A model generated the notes under the pieces. The model searched no databases. It was not told the origin of the DNA and saw only the letters and a list, made by a program, of their open reading frames with translations. A DNA stretch of 64,000 bases from Calcarisporiella thermophila CBS 279.70 (lineage: Eukaryota > Fungi > Calcarisporiellomycota): the NCBI RefSeq assembly GCF_041956535.1, contig NW_027192202.1, positions 203,529-267,528 of the forward strand, given 5' to 3'. Every line of letters begins with the position of its first letter. Positions within the stretch are counted from its first letter, which is position 1. This document shows, piece by piece, positions 27,700-40,397 of this stretch. The translations under genes and the position numbers were made by a program.

Positions 27700-28624
27700 T
27701 TTGAAAAAGTATCAAAATGAAATTGGAAATTTCTAGGGAAAAAAGATCTTGTGAAAATGGAGAATAATATGAAGAAATAAGAACACTACGGACCTAGCAA
27801 CTCTTTTATAGAGACTGCGTGAAAAAAATTTAAAAGCATGTGATTCAATTGCAACTATCAGAATATTTAAGATGGGATTAGAAATTGATTGGAGCATATA
27901 TCCCGGTCATCATCTATAGAAATCCCCCCACCTGTAGTGAGGAAAATGAGATTACATAAATTAATTTGTATTTGAATACATTCTACCCGATATTGTTGAA
28001 TTTTCCTTTTATAATGTTATTCGAGCGATTAGCTTCTTATAGAACTATACTTCGATAAATGGGATTAGAGGCTTCTTCGAAATTTTCAGTTTCTAGGGCG
28101 TGCCAGGGGGGATACAAATCAACCTCGAGGAGAGGAAAGAATGCTTTGATGTAAATAGTCTTGAGCAATGCTTTGCCAGGGTTACGTTTGCAATTGTGCT
28201 GTAGAATGTGGCTGCAGAGCAAATTAGAAAAGCACGGTCGGTCGAAAGCCTTTAACTTTTATCCTTCGGGAAAAAAAGTGGTGTGTGTTAGCTTTGTTGA
28301 TCAGAAAGGAAACATCGTTGAATCTTAGGCTATATCGGTAGTTTGTATAGCGTATAGGAAGATGAATTGAAATCGATCTTTTAATAAAAACAGAGCAAAT
28401 AGAAAGCGTGATCATCTTAGCCGTCAAGGTAAAGAAAAGCAGAAAAAAAAATTTTAGGGGTGGTGTGGACAATGTAAAGTAAGGAGAGAAATCATTGTAT
28501 CAACAAAAGATAGAAAAAATATGGCCACAACCAGATAGAAGAAAATGCAGAAATGAGATAAAAAACAGGTAGTAAATAGAAAAATCAAATAAAAATAATC
28601 CCCTTTAAATATGTTGCCATAGTA

Positions 28625-31604
28625 CTATGAATCATCCTCCATCATCGGAATGCGGGAATAGCCTTTCGCCCGAGTCCTTCTACTCGTAACGTCTGCAGCA
28701 TGGAAATCCACGATAACCCCTTCGCTACTTTCACTATCCCTGACTTCCTCGCATTCCGGTTTTCGCCAAAATTTAAGCATCAAGCTAGAGCACACTACGC
28801 TCACACTCGAGAAAGCCATGGCGGCACTAGCTACCATTGGATGTAGATGAATGCCCCAAGGTAAGAAAAAGCCCATTGCCAGGGGAATAGCTAGGACATT
28901 ATAGATACATGCCCACATCAAGTTCAACTTGATGCGGCGGTAAATAGTACGCGTGAGATGGAGGGCAGCGACAACATCAGTGAGGTCTGAGCGCATCAAC
29001 ACTACGTCTGCCGCCTCCATCGCAACATCGGTACCACTGCACATTGCAACACCAAAATCGGATGCGGCCAAGGCAGGAGAATCATTGATACCATCACCCA
29101 CCATGGCCACCAATTTTCCACCTCCAGAGCGGAAGAAGCCCCCTCGACTTAGCTCGTGTTTGGAGTGTCGGAACTGGAGACTCTTTTGCATCTCTTGCAC
29201 AATATGCCTTTTTCCATTTGGAGACACTCCAGCATGGACCTCCTGGATTCCTGCCAGAGCAGCAATAGACCGTGCGGTGATTTCTTGGTCTCCCGTCACC
29301 ATAGCCGTCTCAATCCCCATTCTATGCAATTCGGCAATGGCTCTTCGCGCCTCCGGTCTGATTGTGTCTGAGAGCGAAATATATCCAGCAACACGGTCAT
29401 TAATGGCTACCAAAATACAAGTGCGCCCCAGCGCCTCTTGTACCTCCTTGGATCGGGTTTGAGCCGGTGAAAGGGAGCCCAAATTTGATTCTATCCACGC
29501 TGGGCTACCAACTAGCACGTTGAACGAGACGGAGGAATCCTTGGGTATGACTGTGCAGGCGACTCCTCGTCCGGTGGTAGATGAGAACTTGACTATTTCT
29601 GCTACAGTTTCATAGGCTACGATACGTAGTAACTTTTTGCCATGCTCTGAGACTGCCTTGGCAAGGGGGTGCTCGCTTTTGGATTCCGCAGCACCGGCCA
29701 GCATGAAGAACAATTCCTCGGTCAATTGTGACGAAGTCTTATCTGGATTTTCATCTATCTCGATCTCCTCCTCATTCCAAACTCCATATTCGGCTACGTC
29801 GAGTTCGCCCGTAGTAAGCGTTCCTGTCTTATCGAAAACTATTTTACCGATCTTGGCCCCCGCCTCCAGAGGATTACCACCCTTGATAAGAATGCCGTGT
29901 TCCGCACCGACTCCAGTCCCAACCATGACTGCGGTGGGAGTACTCAAACCCAATGCACAGGGACAGGCCACCACAATTACGCTAATACAAAGCTTTACAC
30001 AGATGAAAACGCGGTCGCCATTCTTGAAAACTTCGGGCAGTGCCGGCGTAGGCCAGAGATGCGCAACGATCATCCAGACAAAAAAGGTTAGGAGTCCCAG
30101 GGAAATCACAATGGGAACAAAATAACCGCTGACCCGGTCTGCGAAGCCTTGGATTGGTGCCTTTGACACTTGCGCCTCCTCAACCAGGCGGACAATCTGA
30201 CTAAGGGCCGTCTCAGCACCTACGCGGGTTGCACGCATGGTAAAGGAACCTTGTCCGTTGACGGTACCACCAATAACCATGTCGTTGACTTCCTTTTGTA
30301 CGGGAGTCGCCTCTCCGGTTACCATGGATTCATTAACAGTGGATCCCCCCTCGACAATCACTCCGTCGGCTGGTATCTTATCGCCTGGTACTATCTTGAT
30401 CAAATCTCCGACTTGAATGAGCTCTGTGGGCACTTTTCTCTCTCCCGAGATTTCACCAGCATCATTCATCGTTAATATCGTAGCAATGGGAGGTGTGAGC
30501 GACATCAGCTTAGAGAGCGCGACCGAAGTCTGACATTTGGCGAGATTTTCGAGGAAACGCCCAAGAGTAATATAAGCAATGATGATCGCACAAGTATCGA
30601 AAAAGGTAGAGGGTTTGGGATGAAGCGGGTGGAGGATGGAGTAAAGCATCGAAAAAACGGAAAAAATGAACGCAGAGGTAGTGGAGAAAGAGACAAGGAC
30701 GTCCATGGTCGATGAGCCGTGGCGAAGTGCCTTATAAGAGGTGACATAGAATTTCCACCCAACACCAAACTATAGAAGAAAGAGTGACAAATTAGCTCAA
30801 CTATATCTGGGGCTGGGTAGGGTCTATAAGAACTGAGAGAAGATAATATACCTGGACAGGAAGAACAAGAATAAATTGGATTAGGTCGTTTAAATAAAGT
30901 CCAGGCAGCAATGTAAGATTTGTAAAGCCATCAGCCCAGTGCAGGTGAGGAAGCACCATCGATAAAATGAAGACAGGGAAAGCAAAAATAAGACTTCGGA
31001 GGAAAGCCTGTCGCCATGCTATAATTTCCTTTGTGCGCGCTAATGATTCTAACTGGGTCTTAGAGGTGTTGTCAGAGACCATGGCATCAAAACCCAATTC
31101 CTCGATGCGATCGACAATATCACGAGGGCCAATGCGAGCAGGATCATATTCGAATTTGCCAATCTCAAGGGCAAGATTAACGCTTGCACTTAACACACCC
31201 TCTAGCGCCGACACCTCCTTTTCCACGGTGTTGACACAGGAGGCACACGTCATTCCGAAAATCTTCAGATCAATCTCGTCTCGTCTTCGTTCTGGCAGGT
31301 ATACAGCGTCGAATCCCATGTCCTCAATCATGGCAACAATATTTTTAGGATCAAGTCGAGATGAGTCATATTCCACTGCTCCTCGGCCAGCCAGCAGAGA
31401 AACTTTGACGGAGATGATTCCCTCTTCGCTAGACAGGCCCTTTTCAATGCTGTCGACACATGCAGCACAAGACATACCACCTATTTCAAACTGAGAGGTT
31501 ACGATCTCATCTTGCTTGGTCGACTTTGCTTTGGTGGCTTCTGACAACGGTATGTTCTCATAATTCAAATCCTCGCTGGCGGATATGAACCCCTTGAGCT
31601 CCAT
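28625..31604 (-). CDS. CCC2: Cu(I)-transporting P1B-type ATPase (intron 30770-30851)
   Basis: Two HMA motifs (GMSCAAC, GMTCASC), TGE, CPCALGL, DKTGT, SEHPL, GDGIND, YN and MAFSS ligands. Confidence 0.93.
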
Positions 31605-32162
31605 CTTAAATTAAAGGGAAATGGCAAAACTACCACAATACACGTAGTGAAAGGACACAAATTGATATAGACTATAGATAAAATATATATAAAAGTATGC
31701 GAGAGAGAAGGTGGGGGGAGATGAGGAGTGACAAAGATTTGGGATGGCTCTTTCAAGGGTGCTTTGTCAGTGGGTGTAAACTTGGTTTGGCTTTGCCACA
31801 AAATTTGGTCAGAGCGAATTACTAAGAAAAAAGAGAAAGGATAAAAAAAAGGATAAAAAAGACCGAAGAATGAATGAGCCGAGGGGATGAATCAGGATGG
31901 AGGACCGAATTTAATCACAATGAGCTCATGGAACAAAGAGGCGAGGACGGAAGGGTATGAGAATGGACAGGGTCAACAAAAACTCTTAGTTTTACAAACA
32001 ATACGGGGTCAAATAATGGATTTTCAATAATTTTTAAATTAGCGGTGCGGAGAATCGTCTCTTCAGATTAGTAAGCCACAAAGGGATTTTAAATCCGGAT
32101 GTTCATCCTTCCTTAAATTATAACCGGCGCAGGATATATCCATTTTGAGAGTAAATTGCGTC

Positions 32163-33270
32163 TTAAACGTTTTCTTGGCCCTTTGTTTCTCGCAAGCGTT
32201 CTACCGCCCCAAAGAGCCTGGAGATGGATTTTCCATCCGTGGGCATCGATTTCACCGCCACCATGGCTTTTACCGTTGCTTGCGCACTCTCATATCCTCT
32301 GCGTCGCTCTGATTCAATATTCTTCACTAGCTGCTCACTTGCCCCTGAGATACGAGCAACCTCTGCTATCGTCATAGCATCACGCGAGAGCATCCCTAGT
32401 ACAAAATGCGGCTTTCCCTTTCTGACAAGGCGGGGCCATCGCACAAAACGATAGCTACTAAAGATAAAGCGCAGTCTTGTTTCCGATCCATCGCGCAAGG
32501 GTAGGCCAACACGCGGGCACGAATATATTACGTCCTCCTCATTGCCAGAGGTATTTTCGTTCAACTCATCTAATCTCGCTCTTTTCCTCTTTGGAGGTTC
32601 CTCCGCCCTCTCAAAGTATGGGGATGTGATAGTTCCGGGTTCGTCTTTAACGGCTTCCAGCCATAATCCAGCTTCCTTCTCCCAGCTCCCCCTTAATGCT
32701 CCCCCCCAAATCTCGTTCACTAACTGCTTCACGTTTTTAGCTCCGAGCTCACCTAGAATCGCATCGACGATAAGACTTGGGCCATCAATTACCTCCATAG
32801 GATTGGACACACTACGGAGAGTACGGATAACGATGCCACCACGGATTTTGTGCTCTTCGGAGCCCATTGTAACATCAAGTCCTTTGCGTGAGCCACCGCG
32901 CCAGCCCTGTGAATTGCCGACCCGGTGAAAGTACCAAAGCGCGCTTTGGATCTACAACAGATGAACCAAAAAATAAGCTATCATATGCGGGAGTGTTATT
33001 CCAATCAGATCATAATAGTACTTGATCGGAATGAGCATGTGGAAAGGGATCCGGATGATTATTAGCATCCCAGAGGTAGAATTCAATATCTATCATCCAG
33101 TACGCTTTACTACCAATATGAAGCTGATAATTTCGCATTAGCGTATTGGCAACCGACTGAAAGTGTGTCTGATAATCGGACATCGAAGTGAAGGAAGGTG
33201 GGGAAAGGAGATGGATGAGACTAGTTTTTTGAGAATCGAGGCCATTACTTTGCTTGGATCGGGCTGACAT
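32163..33270 (-). CDS. Uncharacterised protein with divergent AAG/MPG-type DNA glycosylase-like motifs, about 345 aa (intron 32952-33021)
   Basis: DIEFY..HPDPFPH..WYFHR..GLDVT..GGIVIR..GPSL..PRVGL..RF; basic NLS PPKRKRAR; HTH-like MTIAEVARISGASEQLVKN. The gene model is well supported; the function is inferred. Confidence 0.65.
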
Positions 33271-33553
33271 GCTTATATTTTTATTTCTAGGCGCCGAAGG
33301 AGATTTTATAACTTAAGTTGCCACCAAAAATTTTTTTAAGGCAACCGAAACTACTTTTATTTTCTGTAAATTCTTCTTTTTATTTTCTTCTTCACAACAA
33401 TTGTGTCTCCTCTCTATGCTAAAATCGCTTAATCTCCCAACAGTAACATCACAAAAAAAGCAGGGTAAATTGTGTATAAAGTAATTAGGAGCATTTACAG
33501 TCCTTGTTTACATTCACCTCTTTCAATCTCAGAACGAACACAACCAAGGCCCA

Positions 33554-34898
33554 ATGTCGAGCAGTCGACGGTGACATCGCAGCTCACCGGTACAGAAATC
33601 GCATTATGTGGGGCCACAGCCGGTGTTGTAAGCAGGTAATTTATTCTGAAAAGGCTGGATTGAAATTCGTATGACAGTGGATTCATTTGCTTTCACTAGA
33701 TTAGTAATTGCTCCATTGGACGTTCTGAAAATTCGTTTGCAGCTTCAGACCCATCGTAATGGCATCGACCTCGCTTTTGCAAAACGACTTCGTGGCGAAA
33801 TAGACACCAGAAAATATCGTGGCATTATTCACGGATTACGCGTTATCGTACGGGAAGAGGGCATTCGGGCACTTTGGAAAGGGAATCTCTGCGCATTATA
33901 TCTTTACCTCAGCTACGGGGCAATACAGTTTTCGAGCTACAAAGGGATAGAAAGCTTATTAGATCAATTTGTAATTATCACCTAGTGTTTATGTTTACGC
34001 TTCAATTCAGCTGCTCTCCGCTAACCCGATATGTTATTTAAAGTCTGAAAAGCATATATCCATATCCCCTACTGTCAAATCATTTCTCTGCGGGGCTATG
34101 GCCGGCAGTATCGCTACTGCAGGTACCTACCCTTTTGATTTGTTACGTACAAGATTCGCAATGCAAGGAGAGAGAAAGGTGAGGCTATTTAAGAGTGTCT
34201 GTTGCGCTTTATCTAATTGACCAAAATGTTATTTATGCTGCTATAAGGTGTACGCTGGAATGATGCAAGCATTTAAAGAGATATACAAACACGAAGGAAT
34301 CGGAGGGTTTTATCGCGGTGTAGTACCATCCATTATTCAGATAATGCCCTATATGGGTTTGATGTTTGGAAGTTATGATGCCTTCAAGCGAGGATTTCTC
34401 TGGCTTGAGGTAAACAAAGTTTGTAGGTTAAGGCTGAATTTCTTTCAGGAGGTAACTCATATACGTGTCCAATGTAATATTCTCTAGAGAAACAACATGT
34501 GGCCAGAGAGCTTTCACAGCATGGAGGACGCGACTTGTGGCGCACTATCTGGACTTATTAGCAAGCTTGGGGTATTTCCTGTAGATGTAATTCGAAAAAG
34601 ATTACAGGTAATTTGGCTGAACCGGGCTTTCTCTTATTCTATTTGACATTTTTTCAACCTTCCTATCTCTAAACGATGACCGTAGATTCAAGGACCAACC
34701 CGCAGTAACTACATACTCCCTAATCTTCCGCGCTACTCTAAGTCAATGATCCGGTGCATGCGCCAAATTGTGCGTCGAGAGGGAGTTTTGGCACTATATA
34801 AAGGGGTGACCCCCGGATTAATTAAGGCGGTCCCAACAAGTGCAGTGACGTTCGCTGTGTTCGGAGCAATGAAAAATCTTTTAGAAGCTGTAAAGTGA
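33554..34898 (+). CDS. TPC1: Mitochondrial thiamine pyrophosphate carrier (SLC25A19-like), 6 exons
   Basis: Three Px[DE]xx[KR] motifs ([42 protein letters not shown]); [14 protein letters not shown]; [10 protein letters not shown]. Confidence 0.85.
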
Positions 34899-35525
34899 AA
34901 AATGGACTTGTATTTTCTTCGTTAATATCCGCAGTTATTATAATCCTGAGAAACAAAATAGAAAAACAACATGAATAATAATATTCACCACAAATATAAT
35001 TTCAATTTGGCTGATATTTGTGTTTGGGGATATTAGTATTCAACGATATTTAACAATCCAATATTTCGAAAAAAGTCGATAATGCTCAGTAATTGCATTG
35101 CAACTTATGTTGATACAATAAGTTCAATATATGTCTGAGGTTTCAAGGTTTTACCTGCCTTCATAGAAAGACAGCTTTGGAATTGTTTTGTTTGGAGTTA
35201 ATGCTCCCGAGACTTTCCTCGGATATCTACAATTAAATGAACAGGAAATCTTAGCTATCTAGCCCTTCAAGATAGTATCTACATAAGGAAATTTAGCACG
35301 AGTGTCCGTGCCCAATCCAAGAGTAATTATAAAACAACGGCTTTTTCGCGTTTGCTCGTTCTATTATTTACTTGTTGTTCGAGCAATCAATTCACCATCC
35401 CGACCACTTTTTTTTGCATTTTCGACGCGTCTTTTTTGACATTTAGCGAGGCAACGCGGACCCAGGTGAGAAAGTTCCTTTTTTATTCTTACTTTTATTT
35501 CTTTTCTCTTTGTTATTTGTAGTGT

Positions 35526-36738
35526 ATGAAACGCCGGTTAGAAATGATGCATTCGAAGTTTTCACTTGCTCTGTTCTGCTTATTTTTGCTTTTGCAGGTA
35601 CACGCCTCACCCATCGATAGCGAAAAACGAGATAACAATGTAGTTCTGCATTTGTTGAAAAGACTTCTCACCACTCATACGGTGTCGCTTGGCCAGGATC
35701 CAGCAGCCACTCCAACGACCTCGCCCGCCCCCACAGACGCAACGACCGCGAATGGACCCGCGGGAGCAACTGTAACGACAACGGTCGTCTCCGTTACCAC
35801 ACTAACCGCGTCCCCCCCAGCCACCACCGAGCCTGTAAACACGGCGGCAAGTTCAAGCATATCTTCTGGGCCTCTCCAGAGTGGAGCTGCGAATGAGACG
35901 GCGGAGACCCGTCAGGTGGCTCAAGCTATTTCAGTGGTAACGCTCCCGTTCGGCATGAATATAACTGTGAATATTACGGATTACACCGGGCCCCAACAGC
36001 GAACACAGTAAGCCGCTTTCTTTTTTTCTGTGCCTACAAGGCTCATAACCATGTCCATGCTTCTAGATGGGATGTACTCTTCTATCCTAACGGTTATGCC
36101 TATTCCACCAATGGAGTCTGTCTTGCCTTTGCTCTAGGAAACCCACCCCTTGTTAAAGCAAAGGGAGGGGATCCGCACGCTTGTATATGGGAGGGGATGG
36201 GCAGCTGCTTGACCAAGAATTATAATCCTTGCACGACAGGAGAATTTTTCAGCAACCGCGACTGCAATAATATCAAGCACGATAAAATAATTGCATGTAA
36301 GCGCACAAACCCCACTCTTGCTTTGGGAATTTCTGTGGGCTTGGAATTTCCTTATTTCTGGGATTCTAATGCTTTTTTCTTGTCCTTTTTCCAGCCTGGA
36401 TCAGTCTTACAAATCCCAACTATCGCTCCCCACCGGCCATCTTCAGTGTCAACACAACCTCCACAGCCATTACAAGTGGCCCGAATCCAATCTTGGATCG
36501 CTCCATCCTCGTTGCCTATACTTTCTACGGTGACGCATCCCGCACCCAGCCGCCTCAGACTAAATACGTGTGCTCGTCCATCCAAGAGGGGCAAACGTGG
36601 ACAGAGGTCAATGCGACTGGTGATGGCTCAGTCATCACAGTGACCATTTCGGAGGGTGATAAGTTCGCGAGTGCTTTGAGTATTGTGACCTGGGCTGCCC
36701 TGATTATGGGAGCTTGGGTTTTAGGGGGATTTTTGTGA
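35526..36738 (+). CDS. Secreted, probably GPI-anchored protein with S/T-rich region and a degenerate Cu/Zn-SOD-like domain (exons 35526-36007, 36067-36296, 36395-36738)
   Basis: Signal peptide and KR site; T/P-rich linker; six-Cys domain; hydrophobic C-terminus ALSIVTWAALIMGAWVLGGFL; probable 5'-UTR intron at about 35466-35522. Confidence 0.72.
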
Positions 36739-38257
36739 ATCGTTTAGATTAATTATTGTTCCAAGTTTTCTATCTTTTTTTTCCGTTTCTTTTCTTTTTG
36801 TACTAGCAAAAAAACGCATTCTTGCAGATCACTTATTTCTTTTCGTTCTACTATCTGATTATTGTTAAGCTTACATCGAGGTTTTATTTTTATTCTGCTT
36901 ATTTCTATTATGTTTATAAACAGTACGGCTTATTTAGTTAAGAACCAAGTCTGTTTTGAGACATAGTCTCCACATAGCCTCAAAATCTCCACACGCAGAC
37001 CTACCACTGCATATTGCGCGGAACCAATCTTCCGGCTGGGCGAGAGACATATATTAACCGCTCGACTCTGGGCTGTTTCTGGCCGGGAGAGGAACAGCGA
37101 TGGTCAATAAACCACTCCCGAAATTGATTGGAGCACCAATTTTCGAGAACACAGGGGTGGATCGATTTTTCCAAAAGCGGGGGGGTAAGGCCCGCGAGAA
37201 GAAAATTTCAATCCAGTGGATATTGTGATCTTTAATTTCGACAAAGTACAGCTTAATGTAATTGTGGTTTGGAATCGAGGTAACGCAGAGCAATTGAGCT
37301 ATCCCCTTGTGGAACGAGTCGGGAACCGTATATAAGTCGCTAGTCTTCGAGATCTGAGATCCCCGCGCGCTATCTATCCCCACCTTGACGATGAGCATTC
37401 GCAACACTTGCAAGCAGTGTGGACAAGGCCCCTTCGAGAGCTGGCTTGAGTTTCTCTCGCATCGATGCGTCCCTCCCTAACATATAGTGCAGTCACCATA
37501 TCCACACTTTAAAAAACACACGCAGTCAACCGGTAGACTGGAAGCTGGAAACTTCGGATTGAGGTGCTCGGAAACCTCGTACTTTTCAAAACTTATTTAT
37601 CTTCTCCATATGTTTATCATTATACACTGCGAGCAAGCCTAGAGCGCTCCTGGGATGTGTTCATCATACTCATACTGCTTCCTCTGTTTTATGTATTGTA
37701 TTTAACAAATGTACTTTTATAAAATAACACGGGCAAGGCGCCTTCAGCCTTCACAGAGCGATTGGCTCTTTCAAAACAATAGAAAACGTATCGAATGTTC
37801 GATCCATTTAGAGTGGGATGTCGAAAAACAATGGAAAAAAAAGGTTTTATAATATTTGATCTAGACGAAATGAGAGCTGGGAATTACCTGGAATGTCTCA
37901 AACGGATATCCCGCGTGGTGTGGGAACTGAAATCAAAGGCAAAACCATCAGAAAGGAAATAAAACACATGTACATTTTTAGCTTTATATCGGAAGAAAGA
38001 GTCAACGGTGTTAGATGCGACACGTATATTTCATGTCAATCACGGTTGGCGCCTATTAGATTTTTTAGCTTTTGTCAGATAAAATGGATCGCCCATGTCC
38101 CATTTATCAGGTAAAGTCCCAAACGAAAGGATTCTATTTTATTCATAGGGGGAGAGGAGGAGAAGGAGGAGAGATAAACGCTTCGAAAAAAATATAATAA
38201 ATAAGGGATAGACACACAAATATGAACTTTTTTAAGAGTATGTCGATGAGTCAATGT

Positions 38258-39688
38258 TTAGAGGTTTGAGATAACGGCAAGAGTGAAGTCGGTCGTGGTC
38301 GAGTTTCCGCCCATGTCGGGGGTTCGAACATTGCCAGAGGCGATCGTCTTGTAGACGGCATTGGCAATTCTGTTTGCGTGGTCCTCCAAGTTTAGGTGCC
38401 GGAGCATCATCACCGCTGAGAGGATCATGGCCGAGGGGTTGGCTGTGTTGCGGCCTTGGATGTCCTTGCCAACGTGGCGACAGCCCGTCTCATACATGGC
38501 GTATTCGCGACCAATATTGCAGCCGGGAACGATACCGGGTCCACCCACGAGGGCAGCGCCGATATTGCTCATGATGTTACCGTAAAGGTTGGGAAGTACA
38601 AGCACGTCGAATTGTTGGGGTTTGGACACAAGCTGCATAGCGGCATTATCGACAATCATGTCATTGAACTGAATGCCGGAGGATTTGTATTCCTCAGCGA
38701 TCTCGCGGCACGTGTTCAAGAAAAGACCATCGCCAAGTTTCCTACACAAAAGAGTGACACACACGGTCAATTTCTACGGGATATCGGAGGGGCGCAATTT
38801 GCAGGCTCACTCACATGATGTTTGCTTTGTGGATGCAAGTTACTTTCTTGCGGCCATTCTTCAGCGCAAAATCGAACGCGAACCGTGCAATGCGTTTCGT
38901 CTTCTCGCGGGTAACAATCTTCAAGCTCTCAACAACGCCAGGGTGGGATTGATGCTCAAGGCCGGAGTATTCACCTTCGGTATTTTCACGAATGATGGCA
39001 AAGTCAACATCCTTGTGGCGGGTGGGATAGCCAGGAATGTTCTTGCAGAGAGCAACCGACGCATAGATATCCAGGTCCTTGCGCATGGCAACGTTGAATG
39101 AAGTGTGTCCCTTGATAGGGGTGTAAAGAATACCTAAATGCGATGCCAATTATTAGGCAAAGCCCAAATATAGTAACCAGGGCCTATCAATACTTTACCC
39201 TTCAAACCAACTTTGTTTCTCCTCAAGCTCTCCAAGCTCTTCTTGAATGTCAGATCGTCGGTGCTCGTGTATCCAGAAACATCAAATTGCTCCCACTCAA
39301 CAGGTACGTTGGCAGCGCGGAACACAGTCTTCACGGCAGAGGCAATTTCCTGACCAATACCATCACCAGGGATCAGAGTTACTGTGTAGGTTCCTCCGTA
39401 TTTCTTGGGAAGGAGCTGGAGAGTGAGGCATAAAATTAGAATCAGGAAATTTGAAAAAGAGCACGGATATCCCAAAACTAACCTGCTGGGATCCGACATC
39501 TTCCGGGGGAGCGCTTGGGATAGTGGTCATGCAGCGGATGGCAGGCTAGGAAAATAAAACGATCCATGTATAAATACTACTGGGAATAAACAAGAACGCC
39601 AAAGAATGGCGAGTGAAAATTCAGAAGCTCGAAATAGTACCTGCTGCCTGGCAAGAAAGGAAACGGGCCTGGCGAGGTTCTTGAGCAT
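38258..39688 (-). CDS. IDH1: Mitochondrial NAD-dependent isocitrate dehydrogenase subunit 1, 5 exons
   Basis: Mitochondrial presequence; [40 protein letters not shown]|[23 protein letters not shown]. Confidence 0.93.
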
Positions 39689-39813
39689 GTTTGCCGATTG
39701 CTGTCTTTTTATTGATTAAAAAAGGGATGAAAGGACGACGATGCCCAAATTCAAATTCAAACGAGCTAAAGGAGAAAATTTTGTAAGTGGTCCTTCTATG
39801 TTTACAGTCTTCC

Positions 39814-39821
39814 TGACGTCA
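39814..39821. promoter_or_regulatory. CRE/ATF palindrome upstream of IDH1
   Basis: TGACGTCA about 126 bp upstream of the ATG. Confidence 0.3.
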
Positions 39822-40397
39822 CACGTAAAATCATACAATTTGATCGTATGAACTAAAATCTCTGTTATCGGGTATACAATCTACACAAGTGTCCACCTGT
39901 TAAAGGCCCTCGTCATGAGTGGGATTCTGAGTAAACCGGCGTTTTTGTTGTTTTTGACTTCCTGTATGGCATGCAATTAAACATATTCATAACATCACAG
40001 TATGGTAAAGACTAGTCAGCTACTCTGAGACTGGCGATAATAGAAAACCAAGAAATATTATTTCGAGGAAATGTGATACTAGGATTCTAATAAACTATCG
40101 AGGGCATAACCCAGTTTTTCAAATCTCTTTCAGAGGGAGAGGGTATAACTTCTGGTGAAGAATCAGGTCTCTAATCTTGCAGTTTGCAGTTGTGCATCCA
40201 AGTGTACCACACATTGAATCCGATATATTAATAACATTAGAGTATGAGAATAAACCATTAAAACAGCCGTTAAAATTTTGAATTTTCATCGCTGCAGAAG
40301 GGAAAAGTGAAGTAAAGAAATGAAAGAAAGTGGTTATTCATTCATCAATGTGATTGAAGCAATACTTACACCCGGTTTATCCTCACTTTCCTTGGAT

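Noticed and set aside
26545-31494. Long antisense ORFs over thiolase and CCC2 (similar ones over IDH1, UGP1 and OCT1)
   Set aside because: They are shadow ORFs explained by the codon bias of the real genes.
33400-34950. TPP riboswitch in or near TPC1
   Set aside because: No CUGAGA plus CCUGA..UAAU..GCG aptamer core in the introns or 5' region; the introns are short.
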